This document shows positions 13,171 through 27,527 of a DNA stretch of 64,000 nt, piece after piece. The notes under the pieces were generated by a model that was not told the DNA's origin, did no database searches, and saw only the letters and a list, made by a program, of their open reading frames with translations. The stretch covers positions 32,860,001-32,924,000 of the forward strand of contig OX597836.1 of NCBI GenBank assembly GCA_951406725.2. Direction: 5' to 3'. The position numbers were made by a program, and so were the translations under genes. The stretch's first letter is position 1, and each line of letters begins with the position of its first letter. Origin of the DNA: Octopus vulgaris (Eukaryota).

Positions 13171-13616
13171 GGAACGTGAAACTCCGAGTAACAGCTTTTG
13201 TTGAACTTCTGCTACTTTTAAATAAAGCATATTACTCTACCTCTGGTATTTGAGTACTCTTTTTTCCACCTTGTTTCACATTTATGTGTTTACTCCGGTA
13301 TATATATATATATATGTGTGAAGGTATATGAATACACACACACACATACTGACATATATATGAAGTATTTAGATATACATGTATGTATATGTATATATAT
13401 ATATGTGTGTGTGTGTATATGCATATATATATCACTGGTGCCAAGCTGGTATCAGCCTTTGCCTTTCCTTTGGATAACATTGCTGGCATGAAGAGGGGAG
13501 GCTGGTATGCATGGGTGACTGCTGGTCTTCCATAAATGACCTTCCTGGACTTGTGCTCTGGGGGAGGGGAGCACTTCCTAGGTGCAATCCCATGGTCATT
13601 CATGATTGAAGGGGGT

Positions 13617-13709
<93 letters not shown>

Positions 13710-13726
13710 ACATATGCACATATATG

Positions 13727-13762
<36 letters not shown>

Positions 13763-13763
13763 A

Positions 13764-13796
<33 letters not shown>

Positions 13797-13816
13797 TGTA
13801 TGTGTGTATGTGACAG

Positions 13817-14112
13817 CTCATGGCTTAGTAGTTAGGGTATTTGGCTCATAATCATAAGGTTGTCAGTTCAATTCCTGGCACCACATTGTTTTCTTGAGCA
13901 AGACACTTTATTTCACTTTACTCCTGTCCACTCAGCTGGCAAAAATGTGTTGTACCTGTATTTCAAAGGGCCAACCACATCACATTTTGTGTCACACTGA
14001 ATCTTCCTGAAAACTACATTTAAAGGTATGCATGTCTGTGGAGTACTCGGCCACTTCCGTGTCATTTTCACAGGCTTTTCCATTGATCGGTCCTCAGACC
14101 AACTGGAACCCT
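13817..14112 (+). mobile_element. tRNA-derived SINE family D
   Basis: Head tggcttagtagttaggg...agttcaattcc, then cttgagcaagacactttatttcac...ccactcagctggcaaaaatg; related copies at ~29040-29300, 31830-32300, 45898-46037 and 57050-57332 (-). Confidence 0.7.
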
Positions 14113-14192
14113 TCTCATCATGACCACCAGAGTGCCAGCTAGTTATATGTGTGTGTATATTACAATATATTATATTACAGCATGTGTCTACA

Positions 14193-14227
<35 letters not shown>

Positions 14228-14556
14228 ATGAATTTGTATATATTTATGTGTATGTTTTGCCCTGACTTTCACACCCCCGTGTTTGAAGTACCACTGGTGG
14301 ATGGCTTTCACCTGTAAATTTTAGATCTCATTAGAATAATTTATGCAGTATGTTATAATTTATGCAGTATCTTATAAATGAGCTTTCTAGTCAATAAACT
14401 TGTTCATTAGGTGATTCCAAAGAATTGATTAAATGAAACACTGCTTCTCTATTCCTATTCCATGCTAATAGTTGCCTGGCAACAAGATTTGGCTCAAAGC
14501 TTTATCACAAAGCCAGAAGCTGCTTGCTGGTTATATATGTGTGTATAATGGGTGTG

Positions 14557-14603
<47 letters not shown>

Positions 14604-14845
14604 TGGCTATATATGTATATATGTAATATAATGTGCATGTATCCATGCATCTGTGTGTTTTTTTTGTGTGTATGTGTGAGTATGTGAATATATATGTACA
14701 TTCATGCAAACATGCTAACAAACATACATATATATATATTTATGTACATATACATGCACACACACACACACACATAAAATTATACATATATATAAATACA
14801 CCTACACAAATAAATACACACATATATCTACATGACTATATACTA

Positions 14846-14887
<42 letters not shown>

Positions 14888-14969
14888 TTACACATACATG
14901 AATAAATACACATATATATAGCCACACATTTGTGTACAACCACAAATATACATGTAAATTAATACTTAG

Positions 14970-15014
<45 letters not shown>

Positions 15015-15107
15015 TACATGCATACACACATATAATATATTTATATATATGAATGTATATATTATATATCATCATCGTCATCATTGTTTAACGTTTAGAT
15101 ATATATA

Positions 15108-15166
<59 letters not shown>

Positions 15167-15174
15167 CCTACATA

Positions 15175-15216
<42 letters not shown>

Positions 15217-15306
15217 TATGTATGTATCTGTTTATCTATATATGCATGTATGTGTGTGCATGCGTATGTACACACACAAACAATTATACATGCATACACA
15301 CAATTT

Positions 15307-15352
<46 letters not shown>

Positions 15353-15895
15353 ATGTGTGTGTTTACGTCTTAATGTATGCAATGCACTGCATTTGCAGAA
15401 TCAGCTCATTTTAGAAATTAAATATTTCATTCATTTCAAGATGTTATGTTACACTGTATTTACATAAATCAGCTTAATGGAAAATTAAATATTCATTTAT
15501 TTCCAAAATGTCATCGCCCCATTTTTATTTCTATTTACAATTGCTTTGCTGATGGTTATTGTGTACACTCTGTGTGTGTGTGTGCATGTGCATTTATGTC
15601 TTTCTGTGTGTGTGTGTGTGTGTGTAAGTTACAGTTGTATCACAAGAAATGCCATAGTTTATTTTGATGGCGCAAGTGTTAGAAGCGATATTATAGAAAT
15701 CTAAAAGAAACAGAAAAACTGTTCTTATGTGAATAAGAAATTTTCTTCATAAACATGTACGTTCCTTAACATTTGGCTTTTGGGTTTAATTCTATGATGT
15801 TTCATTTTAGGCAAGAATAGGGTAGAAGGTTCTTAAAAAAATTTAAATAAAGCTCAAAGAAAAATCACACTGGCACCTGTGCCAGTGACACTTAA

Positions 15896-16116
15896 CCCTT
15901 CAGTGTTTAAACCGGCCACATCCAGCCCAAAATATTCTACATGTTTTATATTTGAACTAGCCATATCTAGCCTCTCACACCTAACCTACATTGACATTCA
16001 TAAAATAACCAATCACATCATTGAAACCTCAAAGCTGTAAGATAATGCATGATTAATTCAAAACAATTTGAGTGAAAAAGTATTACATTTAACAGAATAA
16101 TCTGAACACTAAAGGG
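15896..16116. mobile_element. piggyBac-type MITE inserted in an RTE fragment
   Basis: TTAA at 15892-15895 and 16117-16120; TIRs cccttcagtgtt / aacactaaaggg. Confidence 0.8.
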
Positions 16117-16124
16117 TTAAAAGA

Positions 16125-16430
16125 CACACTTCAAATATTGGGCCTCATGGAGGTAATGATACGTGACCGTGACCATTGGCGATATGCTGTGCTTGAGAAG
16201 ACCTGTCAAGCCAAGGGAAATCATTGTTGTGGCCAATGCTGGGGTCATACGACTGGCACTTGTGCGGGTGGCACGTTGATAGCACCCATTACACTCTTGG
16301 AGTGGTTGGCATTAGGAAGGACATCCAGCCATAGAAATCATGGCAAATCAGACCGGAACCTGGTGCAGCCAATCCAGCGTACCAGTTTCAGTCCACTGTC
16401 CAACCCATGCCAGCATGGAAAGCAGATGAT
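16125..16430 (+). mobile_element. RTE LINE 3' end
   Basis: LGLMEVMIRDRDHWRYAVLEKT (RTE C-terminal DR..WR motif), followed by the shared 3' UTR. Confidence 0.75.
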
Positions 16431-16722
16431 ACAACTAGATACAACTCTTTCACTTTTAACTCTTTTACTTGTTTCAGTCATTTGACTGTGGCCATGCTGG
16501 AGCACTGTCTTCAGTCAAGCAAATCGACCCCAGGACTTACTCTTTGTAAGCCTAGTACTTATTCTATTGGCCTCTGAATGATGATGATGATGATGATGAC
16601 ATATATATATATATATGAACATACATACAGACAGACTTAAGAAATATATATATATATATATAAATACATACATAAAAACATACATACATGCATACATACA
16701 TACATAAATCCTTACATACATG

Positions 16723-16756
<34 letters not shown>

Positions 16757-17724
16757 ATACATACATGCATACATACATGTGCACATACTTATATATGCAC
16801 ATACCTACATATGTACATACATATAGAAATGCATGCATAAATATATGCTACATATACAAATACATACACACAAATGTATGCATACACATAGACATACATA
16901 AATGCATACATACATACATATATACAAACAAAAATACCCTGTTGTTCATGTTGAAATTCCAGTCAAGGAGCCTTGGATGTAGGTTAGAAACCGGCTCTTT
17001 CTCTATTGGCAAGAAATCTTGAAGTAATACTGAACAATGACATACATACACACATACATACAAGCACATACATACGTACATACATACATACATATATATA
17101 CATACATACATACTTACGTACATACATGTTGTATTCAACAATGTACAAACGCTTTTGAGAAGTCAGTGTAACATATATTCATTTAGAAACACTACATGAT
17201 TCATTTGAAGAATTCAACTGGATTCTGCAGATTTTCGTAAAGTAAACGATATTGTGAAACATTAAAGAATATATTTATTCAGAAATCAAAACATGATATT
17301 TATTTTACACCTAATTTTCCTCACAATTGCTCAAAGGGAAATGATAATGGTTTTGTATGTAAATCAGAGCCATTCATTTGACAGCTTGAGAAAACAAAGG
17401 CAGTATAAGGTTGTTAGTTACTTTTGTTTTACCTCCAGGCAACCAGCTTTCACAGTCGTTGTTATGGTAAGCGTTGGGGGGTTTGTCGTTGCCATCATTA
17501 TCAGCATCATCATCATCATCATCATCTATGTCGTTACTTTTTAGTGCCTGTTTTTCTAGGATGTTATAGTTTTGTAGGAATATACATCACGCGCGTTGCA
17601 AGCTCAGATGTTGAAATGCTCTGTGAAGTTACTGAATAAATATTGATGACTTGTTTGCAATCTACCAACTGAAAAGCTTTCGGTCTATGCACGCATGTGT
17701 GTATCTATGCATATATGTATGTAT

Positions 17725-18100
17725 GTATCATTATCATCATCATCATCATCATCATCATTTAACATCTGCTTTCCATGCCAGCATGGGTTGGACGATTTGA
17801 CTGAGGAGTGGCAAACCAGATGGCTGCACCAGACTCCAATCTTATCTGGCAGAGTTTCTACTGCTGGATGCCCTTCCTAACGCCAACCACTCTGAGAGTG
17901 TAATGGGTGCTTTTACATGCCACCAGCACAAGGGCCAGTCTGGCAGTACAGGCAACAGCCACGCTCGAAATGGTGTTTTTTACGTGCCACCTGCACAGGA
18001 GTCAGTCCAGCGGCACTGGCAATGACCTTGCTCGAATGTTTTGTTCACGTGCCACCGGCACAAGTGCCAGTAAGACAACACTGGTAATGATAATGCTCGT
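17725..18100 (-). mobile_element. RTE-type 3' UTR fragment
   Basis: (CAT)n followed by tttaacatctgctttccatgccagcatgggttggacg, shared with the other copies. Confidence 0.75.
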
Positions 18101-18104
18101 CATT

Positions 18105-18476
18105 ATTCAATTTTATCTCAAGGTTTCTTGCCAGTAGAGAAAGATCCAGTTTCTAACCTAGATCTAAGGCTCCTTCATTCGAATTTCAAGAACATCAACA
18201 GGATATTTTTGCATATATATATGTGTATATGTGCGGTATTTGGAATTACTGCATGCGCAGATTTTTATGTTTTGTTTTATGTGCACATACTTGAATATCT
18301 AGACATGCTCTTAGATACTTAAATGATAAACTTCTGGAAAGTTTCACAGATTTTTACAGTTCCAGCAATGGCTTGGCTCTGTAATCTTCAAATCAGCTTT
18401 CTCTTTTCTGGTTTTGAGAAACCTAATTTCTCAAGATTGGTATGTAGACAGTGTGTTACATATCCCAGTACCACAA
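18105..18476 (-). mobile_element. R2/R4-superfamily (RLE) LINE 3' end
   Basis: Minus strand reads VLGYVTHCLHTNLEKLGF...RLQSQAIAGTVKICETF, resembling the C-terminus of RLE LINEs; the 3' UTR is repeated at 18510-18720 (-) and 16930-17040 (+). Confidence 0.55.
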
Positions 18477-18882
18477 TGTATGTATGCATTTATGTATAAA
18501 TGTCATGATTTACTTTTATTTCGAGATTTCTTGCCAATAGAGAAAGAGCCAGCTTCTAACCAAGGTCCAAGCCTCCATCATTGAAATTTCAACATCAACA
18601 ACAGGGTATTTGTGCCATGTGTGTGTGTATATGTGCAGTATTTTGAGTCAGTGCATGTGCAGATTTGTATGTTTTGTTTTATGTATGTATTCTAATGCGT
18701 ATAGGTGATATCTTTAGATTCTGGATTTAGTCCCACTTTGACTCCATGTCCACTTTGCCATTTTTACCTTTCTCATGTCTAGAAAATAAACATAACATGT
18801 ACTATGGTCAGTATAATTGGGTAGTGCTCCAGCATAGTCTCAGTTCATTGACTGAAACTAGTAAAAAAAAAAATTAAAAACA

Positions 18883-19161
18883 CAAGATGCCAGTGCTGCC
18901 TGACTGCCGTCTGTGTCGGTGACATGTAAAAGCAGCAACCGATCGTGGCCGTTTTCCAGCCTCCTCTGGCCCCTGTGCCGGTGGCACGTAAAAAGCACCC
19001 ACTACATTCACAGAGTGGTTGGTGTTAGGAAGGGCATCAAACTGTAGAAACACTGCCAGATCAGACTGGAGCCTGGTGCAGCCTCCTGGCTTCCAGACCC
19101 CAGTCGAACCGTCCAACCCATGCTAGCAGGGAAAGCAGACGTTAAACGATGATGATGATGA
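18883..19161 (+). mobile_element. RTE-type 3' UTR fragment
   Basis: Shared motif ending in gacgttaaacgatgatgatgatg. Confidence 0.8.
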
Positions 19162-19365
19162 TACTTATATGACATAAAGTAGATTCTTGTCTCTGCTTGT
19201 ATTGAAGCTTATTAAGAGACATGCAGAAGAAATCTATTTGAATGCCTCCCTTCCAGAAAATAGAACATAATACTTTGTCCGATGCTTGGAGAATTAATTA
19301 ATTGATTCACCAATACAAGACTGACAGCTGCACCACTTTATGAGAAATGCAATTAGAGAATGCAT

Positions 19366-19794
19366 ATGCACAGGAGTGGCTGTGTGGTAAGTAGCTTGCT
19401 TACCAACCACATGGTTCTGGGTTCAATCCCACTGCGTGGCACCTTGGGCAAGTGTCTTCTACTATAGCCTTGGGCTGACCAAAGCTTTGTGAGTGGATTT
19501 GGTAGATAGAAACTGAAAGAAGCCCGTCGCATATATGTATATATATATATGTATGTGTGTGTGTATGTTTGTGTGTGTGTCTGTGTTTGCCCCCCCCCCC
19601 ACATCGCTTGACAACCGATGCTAGTGTGTTTATGTCCCCGTAACTTAGTGGTTCGGCAAAAGAGACTGATAGAATAAGTACTAGGCTTACAAAGAATAAA
19701 TCCTGGGGTCGATTTGCTCGACTAAAGGCGGTGCTCCAGCATGACTGCAGTCAAATGACTGAAACATGTAAAAGAGAAAAAGAGTAAAAGAGAG
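19366..19794 (+). mobile_element. SINE family A, full length
   Basis: Near-identical to 7276-7720 and 28248-28654. Confidence 0.88.
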
Positions 19795-19879
19795 ATTAGA
19801 AAGGCATTCACTCTCAAAATAAGAACACACACACATGCACACTTGCGCATACATGCATTCACACATGCTACACCCAGAA

Positions 19880-20361
19880 ATGTAGTATATCAAGGATTTG
19901 TCCTCTGGGACCAGACTGAAGAGTTCTACCGTGATGTTTTGAAGCATCTGAGGGAGAACTTTCAGCAAAAGCAACCGGATCTGTGAAGTGCAAAGACTTA
20001 GATTCTTCATGATGACAATGCACCCTGTCACCGAGCACCCCTCATTCATGAGTTTCTCATCAAAAACAATATGGTATCATTTCCACACCTGTGGACTTCA
20101 ATCATTTCCCCAAGATGAAAATGCATCTCAAAGTCACCATTTTAACACCATTGTCAAGATCGAAAGCAAATCGCAGAAGGTCTTTGACTCACTTATGAAA
20201 AACAACTTCCAGGCCGAATTCCAAAAGTGGAAGGAACATTGGGACCAGTGTATTACTGTGCAAGTTGATTATTTCAAAGGAAATGATGTTAAAACTTAGG
20301 TAAATAAGCTTTTTTTTCTTAAACATAATTAGTCCTGGAACCCTTTTGATACGACCTCATA
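19880..20361 (+). mobile_element. Mariner (Tc1/mariner) transposase remnant with 3' TIR
   Basis: Frameshifted ILHDDNAPCHRA...FPKMK..LK...F......FQKWKEHWDQCI...DYFKG, matching the mariner HDNAP.H and W..RW.KC..G.YFE motifs; ends ...ttttgatacgacctcata. Confidence 0.85.
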
Positions 20362-20664
20362 CTGATAATTATAGTTTTAATTGAATGACATTACTTCTAA
20401 ATATCAAATCCATAAACCAGCAATTTCATCAGTTACAATTAGTCCCTTCATTCCATGACCTCTATAAAATAAATGAAATTTAAATTTATGGACTGACTCA
20501 CTCTGATCCTTCCTCTGAACCACTTCTAAATTCAACCTCCTATAACATGAGAGTTATATATATATATAAGTTCAGCAAAATTTAGATTCAGATGAATATG
20601 GTACTTAAGTCAAAGACACCAGAATTTTGTATGGTATTATCCCATGGGGGCAAAGTGGCCAAGT

Positions 20665-20982
20665 TCCTTTCACGTGTTGGGCCTTACAGAGGTAATGACC
20701 AAGACCTTTGGCATTATGCTATGCAAGAGAAGAAGACCCATCAAGCCGAGCAAAATCACACTCATGGCAGATATTGGTGTCATACATATGACACCCATGT
20801 CGGTGGCACATAAAAACACCCATTACACTCTCAAAGTGGTTGGCATTAGGAAGGGCATTCCAGCCATTGAAAATCATACCAAATCAGACTGGAGTCTGGT
20901 GCAGCCTTCCAGCATGCCAGCCTAGTCAAACTGTCCAACCCTTGCCAGCTTGGACAACAGATGTTAAAAATGATGATGATTA
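20665..20982 (+). mobile_element. RTE LINE 3' end
   Basis: LGLTEVMT-DQDLWHYA followed by the shared UTR and GAT tail. Confidence 0.7.
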
Positions 20983-21979
20983 TGTTAATGCATGTGTGTG
21001 TGTATGTATTTACAATTTATATATATATATATTCATAGACACATACATTATAAGCCTGATAAGTGTACTGAGCCTATGAAATTTTGAATTGCATGGAACT
21101 GAATCAAACTGTTATTAATGTATTACCAGGTAGTGGTTCTCATGGCTTCTGATCTTAACTAACTGGAAGTGTTATCATGTACATTGTTTTGTCTTGGTAC
21201 AAAAAGGGGGGCTACAGCAGATATTCTGCTCAATACCACAGATTTGCTTGTCAGTTGTTTGACCTTAACCAGTTGAACATGTCCCTTTGTGGCTGACAAT
21301 ATATGCATCTCTGATCATGAGCAGAAGTAGTTGGGGAGCATCATAGCCATGTGTTGAGAGGAATTCTTTGGGGTTTGAATAATTCACCCCTGGAAGCATG
21401 TGTGTTTCATTCAACATCCTTAAACAACACTCAATCAGGGCTGGATGAGCTACTCAGCCTGAAGAAACTGAGCCCCAACATCAAGGTCATGTGCTGTTCA
21501 TTTTGATACAAGGTCAAATTGTCACACACATATGGTTGTGATGCATGTGCCTGGTGTACCTTTATCAAACGGGTAAGCATGATGGGTTTACTAGGCTTCA
21601 TATATTTGTACCCCAGTGTCACTTTGATGGCATGCATTGCTCTCTCACTCAATAATAATAATAATAAATAATAATTATATATCACATATATATATATATA
21701 TATCAAAAAGAGAGGGAGAATGAAAAAAGGTGAAAAAAAAACTGTAAATCTTACATTCACAACTAGAAATACTCCAGCTTTGGCCAAATTCTCAAGACAA
21801 AGAAATGTGAGGTAACTGTTGGTGGTGGTCGTGGTTGTGAAAATAGTGTTGGTGTTGGTGTAGATGTAGATGCCGGTGATGGCGATGCGCGGCGTACAGG
21901 GATAGAATGATGAGATATATATTCTGAAAAATGATAATTTCTTTCATATCTGGACTGTTTCAAGAAAAAAACAACTGGA

Positions 21980-22023
<44 letters not shown>

Positions 22024-22719
22024 TAATTATGTATATATGTATATATATATACACACGCACACATAATTATGTATATATGTATGTGTGTATATATATATAT
22101 AATTATGTATATATGCATGTGTATATATATATGTGTGTATATACACACACACACAGAGTTGTACATACACATATATGTATGGACTGTTACACATACATGT
22201 ATGTTTGTATATATGTATGTATTCCATTGGTATGAAATGCCAAAGTCAAATAAATCTAAAATATACAAACACACAAACAATAACCAAAGGGTAAAAAAAC
22301 AAAAAGAAATCACCTCCAAAAAGAGAAAAAAGCAAATATAAAAAAATATCAAGAATCTCAGTAGAAACTAACAAACATTATAAGAGTCGACTTTGGATAA
22401 AAGCCAGGATATCTATCAATAAATGATGAAGATGTGTTTTGTAGGTTTTTTGTAGTAATATATGTAATGTGTGTGAGTGTGAGGGGTGTGTGTGTGTGTG
22501 TGTGTATGAATTGCTTGTGTGTGTACATGCAACATCTATGTATGTTTGCATGTATGTATGTATGTATGTATGTACGTATGTATGTATGTATATGTATGTG
22601 ATGCTTAAGGATAATGTGTGTATATTTATACAAGTATTTATGTGTGTGTGTATGTATATATGTGTATGTGTATATATATATATATTTATATGCACATGCT
22701 TACAAACATACATATATAT

Positions 22720-22757
<38 letters not shown>

Positions 22758-22891
22758 CAAGTATATATATCACACACACACATATATATACATATATGTA
22801 TAGATATATATATGTATATATACATATATAAATATATACACACACACATATATTTGTATATATACATGTATATGTGTTATATATATATATA

Positions 22892-22981
<90 letters not shown>

Positions 22982-23847
22982 AATACACAAACACACTCAT
23001 ATAGTGTGCATGTTTTTGTCCTGATGTGCATACATATGAACATATATATGAATACTCCACACATAAATATTTATCCATAGACAGTCTCACACACACACAC
23101 ACACACACACGCCATATATCTGCACATGCAACTTATTTTTTTCTGACTTTCCCCCCAAACACCTTTTCTTCACTCTTGTGGTTTCTTGTGGCCTTTCTTT
23201 ACATTTTCTTTATGCCTCTTCTTAGCATTGTTTTCTTGGTGTAGCCTCTCTTAGTATTTGTATGCAAACACATACATAAACACAGGCACTCTCTCTCTCT
23301 CTCGCTCACTCCCTCTCTCTCTCACTCACTCTCTCTCTCTCTCTCACACGCACACATTCTAGAATACAAATACACAGTAAGTAAAAAAATGATGTACATG
23401 GTTGTTTTGTTTAATATATCAATAGAACATTGATATGTGTAAATGTATGTGTGTGTGTGTATAAATTATATATATATAAATTATATATATGTATAAATTA
23501 TGTATATATATATATATGCATATGTGTATATATATGTATAAATTATATATATACGTATATACATATATACTATGTATGTATATATATATATATATATAAC
23601 ATGCATATAATATATACTATGTATATAATATATATATACATATATATATATATATATGATATATGTATATATATATATCATATATTATGTAAATGATATA
23701 TATACATACAAAATATGGGTGTTTAGTTCACAGGTGATCTAAGCGACTAGGTACGCTGAGTAAGTGCTGTAACGGATTACCAGGGCTCCAAAGCTCATAG
23801 CCGAGACAGGAGTTATGGAACCATTGTAGATTTCTGATATAGCAGAC

Positions 23848-24005
23848 ATATATCTGTGAAAGAGGACAACAAACGACCAAGAGAAGAGAAACATCTCAAG
23901 TGATATATGTTATTATTATTAGAAAAACTTTCCTAAATTTTTCTTATAATAATAACATATATGACTTGAGATGTTTGTCCTGCCTTAGCATTTGTTGTCC
24001 TCTTT

Positions 24006-24016
<11 letters not shown>
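23848..24016. repeat. Fold-back palindrome, ~80-bp arms and ~10-nt loop
   Basis: aaagaggacaacaaa/tttgttgtcctcttt and aaacatctcaagt.atatatgttattatta/taataataacatatat.acttgagatgttt. Confidence 0.85.
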
Positions 24017-24057
<41 letters not shown>

Positions 24058-24407
24058 GTGCGTGTGCATGCTGGAATGTGTGTGTGTGTGTGTACATATG
24101 AATATATATTTATATAATTTACATGTATTTATATGTCCACATGTATGAATACCTATCTATATCTATTTATCTACCTAACAGAAACACAGACACACTCATA
24201 CATACTTATGTACATATATATATCATACACACAAATATATATATATCATCATCATCATCATCGTTTAACGTCTGCTTTCCATGCTGGCATGGGTTGGATG
24301 GTTTGACTGGGGACTGGTGAGCCAGATGGCTGCACCAGACTCCAATCTGATCTGGCAGAGTTTCTACAATTTATATATATATATGTATATATATATATAC
24401 ATACATA

Positions 24408-24467
<60 letters not shown>

Positions 24468-24479
24468 GTATTTGAAATT

Positions 24480-24650
24480 TATAGAAAACCAAATGAAGAC
24501 AGGTGTATGAACAACAAGCAAGTGTATTAGTTTGACACTCTGGAAATGAAAAAGTCTTTTATGTTTCGAGCCTATGCTCTTCAACAAAAAGGAATAAGAG
24601 AAAATAAGCAAAAAGAGAATGAAAAAATGCTTGTAGATTTCAGTGCTCCA
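24480..24650 (-). mobile_element. Penelope-like pLTR fragment with a degenerate hammerhead (24556-24592)
   Basis: Minus strand ttt-TTGTTGA-a-gagc-atag-gctc-GAAA-cata-aaag; related to 34423-34635. Confidence 0.5.
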
Positions 24651-24794
24651 GCATGGCGAATGATATATATATATATGATATATATATGCATATGATATAT
24701 ATATTCATGTGGAACGCTGTAGGATTTGAAACGATAGTGACAATATTTGAATGTTTATACTATATACTATGTTAGCTTGTAAACCGGAAAATAC

Positions 24795-24826
<32 letters not shown>

Positions 24827-25317
24827 CCATATACATATTGTATTTTGGGGAATACAAATTGAATTTTTTTAAAATCTATATCCTGAATCAGGTGTGTTGA
24901 CTTATATATGAAGACAACTAAAATTTCATGTGAAATGCAGTAGGATTTGGAAAGAGAGTGACGATGTTTGAATGTTTACACTTTAGATTGTTTGTTCATT
25001 GTCTTGTGTTCATATTGATGTGTGATTATAATCATAAATAAATTCAAAATTCAAATATTAGAAATTAAATTTGAAATTTGAAATATCCAATCATTATTTC
25101 AGATGGAAAAATTTGTATCTTTTTATTTCATCTTTTTTCCACCTGTTTCAAAACCTTCCTTTCCATTCTGTTCCCTATGCAATCTCTAGTGATCGAATCT
25201 ATCCCACACCCACCTGATGATGTCCTGGTTTCTTAATAGAATATATATATATGTATATATGTGTATATATACATTTGTGTATGTGTGTATGTGTATACAC
25301 ACACACACATATATGTG

Positions 25318-25356
<39 letters not shown>

Positions 25357-25442
25357 CACACACACACATATATGTATATATGTGTATATATACATTTGTG
25401 TATGTGTGTATGTGTATACATGCACACACATATATGTGTGTG

Positions 25443-25474
<32 letters not shown>

Positions 25475-25516
25475 TATATATATGTGTGTATATATATATA
25501 TAAATATATATATATA

Positions 25517-25670
25517 ACAGGCTTCTTTCAACTTCCATCTACCTAATCCACTAACAAGGTTTTGGGTGGACTATGGCTAGAATAGAAGGCATTTGCATAA
25601 AGTGCTCCACAGTGTGATTGAACCTGGAACCATGTGGTTTGGAGGCAAACTCCTAACCACATGGCAATGC
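25517..25670 (-). mobile_element. SINE family A, 5' half
   Basis: Reverse complement of the family A head, diverged. Confidence 0.65.
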
Positions 25671-26020
25671 CCTTGCAGTTGTGTGTGTATGTCTATGCAC
25701 ATACATACCATATACATATGTACATGTAACGCTTTTCGTTTTATATAGGTTTTATCACTGTATAACATTGACATTTCATTTTTACATTTTTGTACTGTCC
25801 ATTTCAATCAATCTTACTTTTTTTCTTGCTCCGCTCTGTTCTATAGCAACAAGAGAATATTTACATATACACACACACACACAGAGGTGTATATATATAT
25901 TAACATATATATGTTATACACACATATATATATGTAAATATATATATATATATATAAATATATATATGTATGTATATATATATATATGTGTGTGTGTATA
26001 TATATATGTATATACATATA

Positions 26021-26060
<40 letters not shown>

Positions 26061-26265
26061 AATATATATATATATGTAAATATGTAACTCGCTCTGAGAT
26101 TTATCATTGTTAAATATGTATATATACATATATATATATATATGTACATATTTACATATATATGTATATATATGTATGTATTATATGTTATTCATTTCCG
26201 TTTGTGTATAGTTATTTAATATTTTTACAATTGTGAATGTTGGAAATCTCTTGAAAATTACTGAA

Positions 26266-26321
26266 GCATCCTGAGAACGTGCAAGCTGTGCGAAACTTTA
26301 TGAATGAGTTGATTCAAAGTC
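26266..26321 (+). ncRNA. Degenerate hammerhead-like motif with a full helix III
   Basis: CTGAGAA(G8 mutated)-c-gtgca-agc-tgtgc-GAA-ACTTT..gaat-gagttg-attc-AAAGT-C; the helix I partner is lost at the adjacent CA tract. Confidence 0.35.
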
Positions 26322-26605
26322 CCCCCACACACACACATACACACACACTCATACATACATGAATGCATACATACACTCACACACATACACACTCACTCAC
26401 TCACTCATCTCACATGCATATTATCTATAAAATATATATAAATACCAGATCATGTGTACTTTCACTAAGTTTGTATATCAGGCATTCTTAGACTTTGGCA
26501 CAAAACTGTGTATGTGTGTGGGTATATATGTGTGTGTATATATGTGTATATATATATGTATGTGCATATAATGTGTATGCATACATGGATATATAAGTAT
26601 GTGTC

Positions 26606-26650
<45 letters not shown>

Positions 26651-26651
26651 A

Positions 26652-26684
<33 letters not shown>

Positions 26685-26817
26685 GTATATGTATATATAC
26701 AAATATATATTTGTATGTATATATATACACTATGATATGGATGCGTGGTGTTCAATTAAATAATATAATATATATATATGTATGCACACACATATATACT
26801 TATTATTTATATTATAT

Positions 26818-26854
<37 letters not shown>

Positions 26855-26868
26855 CTTATTATTTATAT

Positions 26869-26926
<58 letters not shown>

Positions 26927-27485
26927 TACATATATATATAAACACACACACACACACATACATATAAAACAAGTGAGTGCTTTAATTAGCTTCATGCAGT
27001 GTTGCAGAAATCTCACACCCTCATGCAAGTTTGAAGAAAGAATGGCACTGTTGTTAGTGATGATGGCTAGGGTACTCTTGCAGCATTCATCCTCTGCTCC
27101 TCTTCTGCATCTACACTATTCTCTCATCTCATTCCTCTTGTCTCTCACTGCTCTCCCTGCATTCATCCTCAGCTCTTTCTTACAGATCCTTTCAGAAAGG
27201 GCTTCTCTACCATTTCAATGCTTCCTCATCACCTCCATCTGTAATGAATCTTCATACTTCTCTTTCTTTTTTTTTTTCACTCCCTCTCTCATCACATCCT
27301 CTTCCACTCCTCCACACCCTCATTTCTATCTTTCACCAGCTTCACCCATTCATTTGTCAAGACCATCTCTACAGTTTTTCTTACAGAAATTATTGCCAGC
27401 ACGGATTTCTGTTATGACGTTTCGTATCTGAGATGTCAGACATAAACGAACAATGAGATCAAAGACAAAAAAAAGGATAATAGGT

Positions 27486-27527
27486 GTATATACCATATTT
27501 CAGGAGTTTTTGCCTCTTCATCAGTAC
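27486..27527 (-). ncRNA. Degenerate minimal hammerhead motif
   Basis: Minus strand gta-CTGATGA-agag-gcaaaaa-ctc-ct-GAAA-tatggtat-a-tac. Confidence 0.4.

Noticed and set aside
22378-23108. YI/HT/CV-repeat ORFs, here and throughout the window
   Set aside because: Dinucleotide microsatellites lack stop codons.
26973-27431. 152-aa ORF
   Set aside because: Pyrimidine-rich, no motif; probably decayed retroelement sequence next to a hammerhead-bearing repeat.
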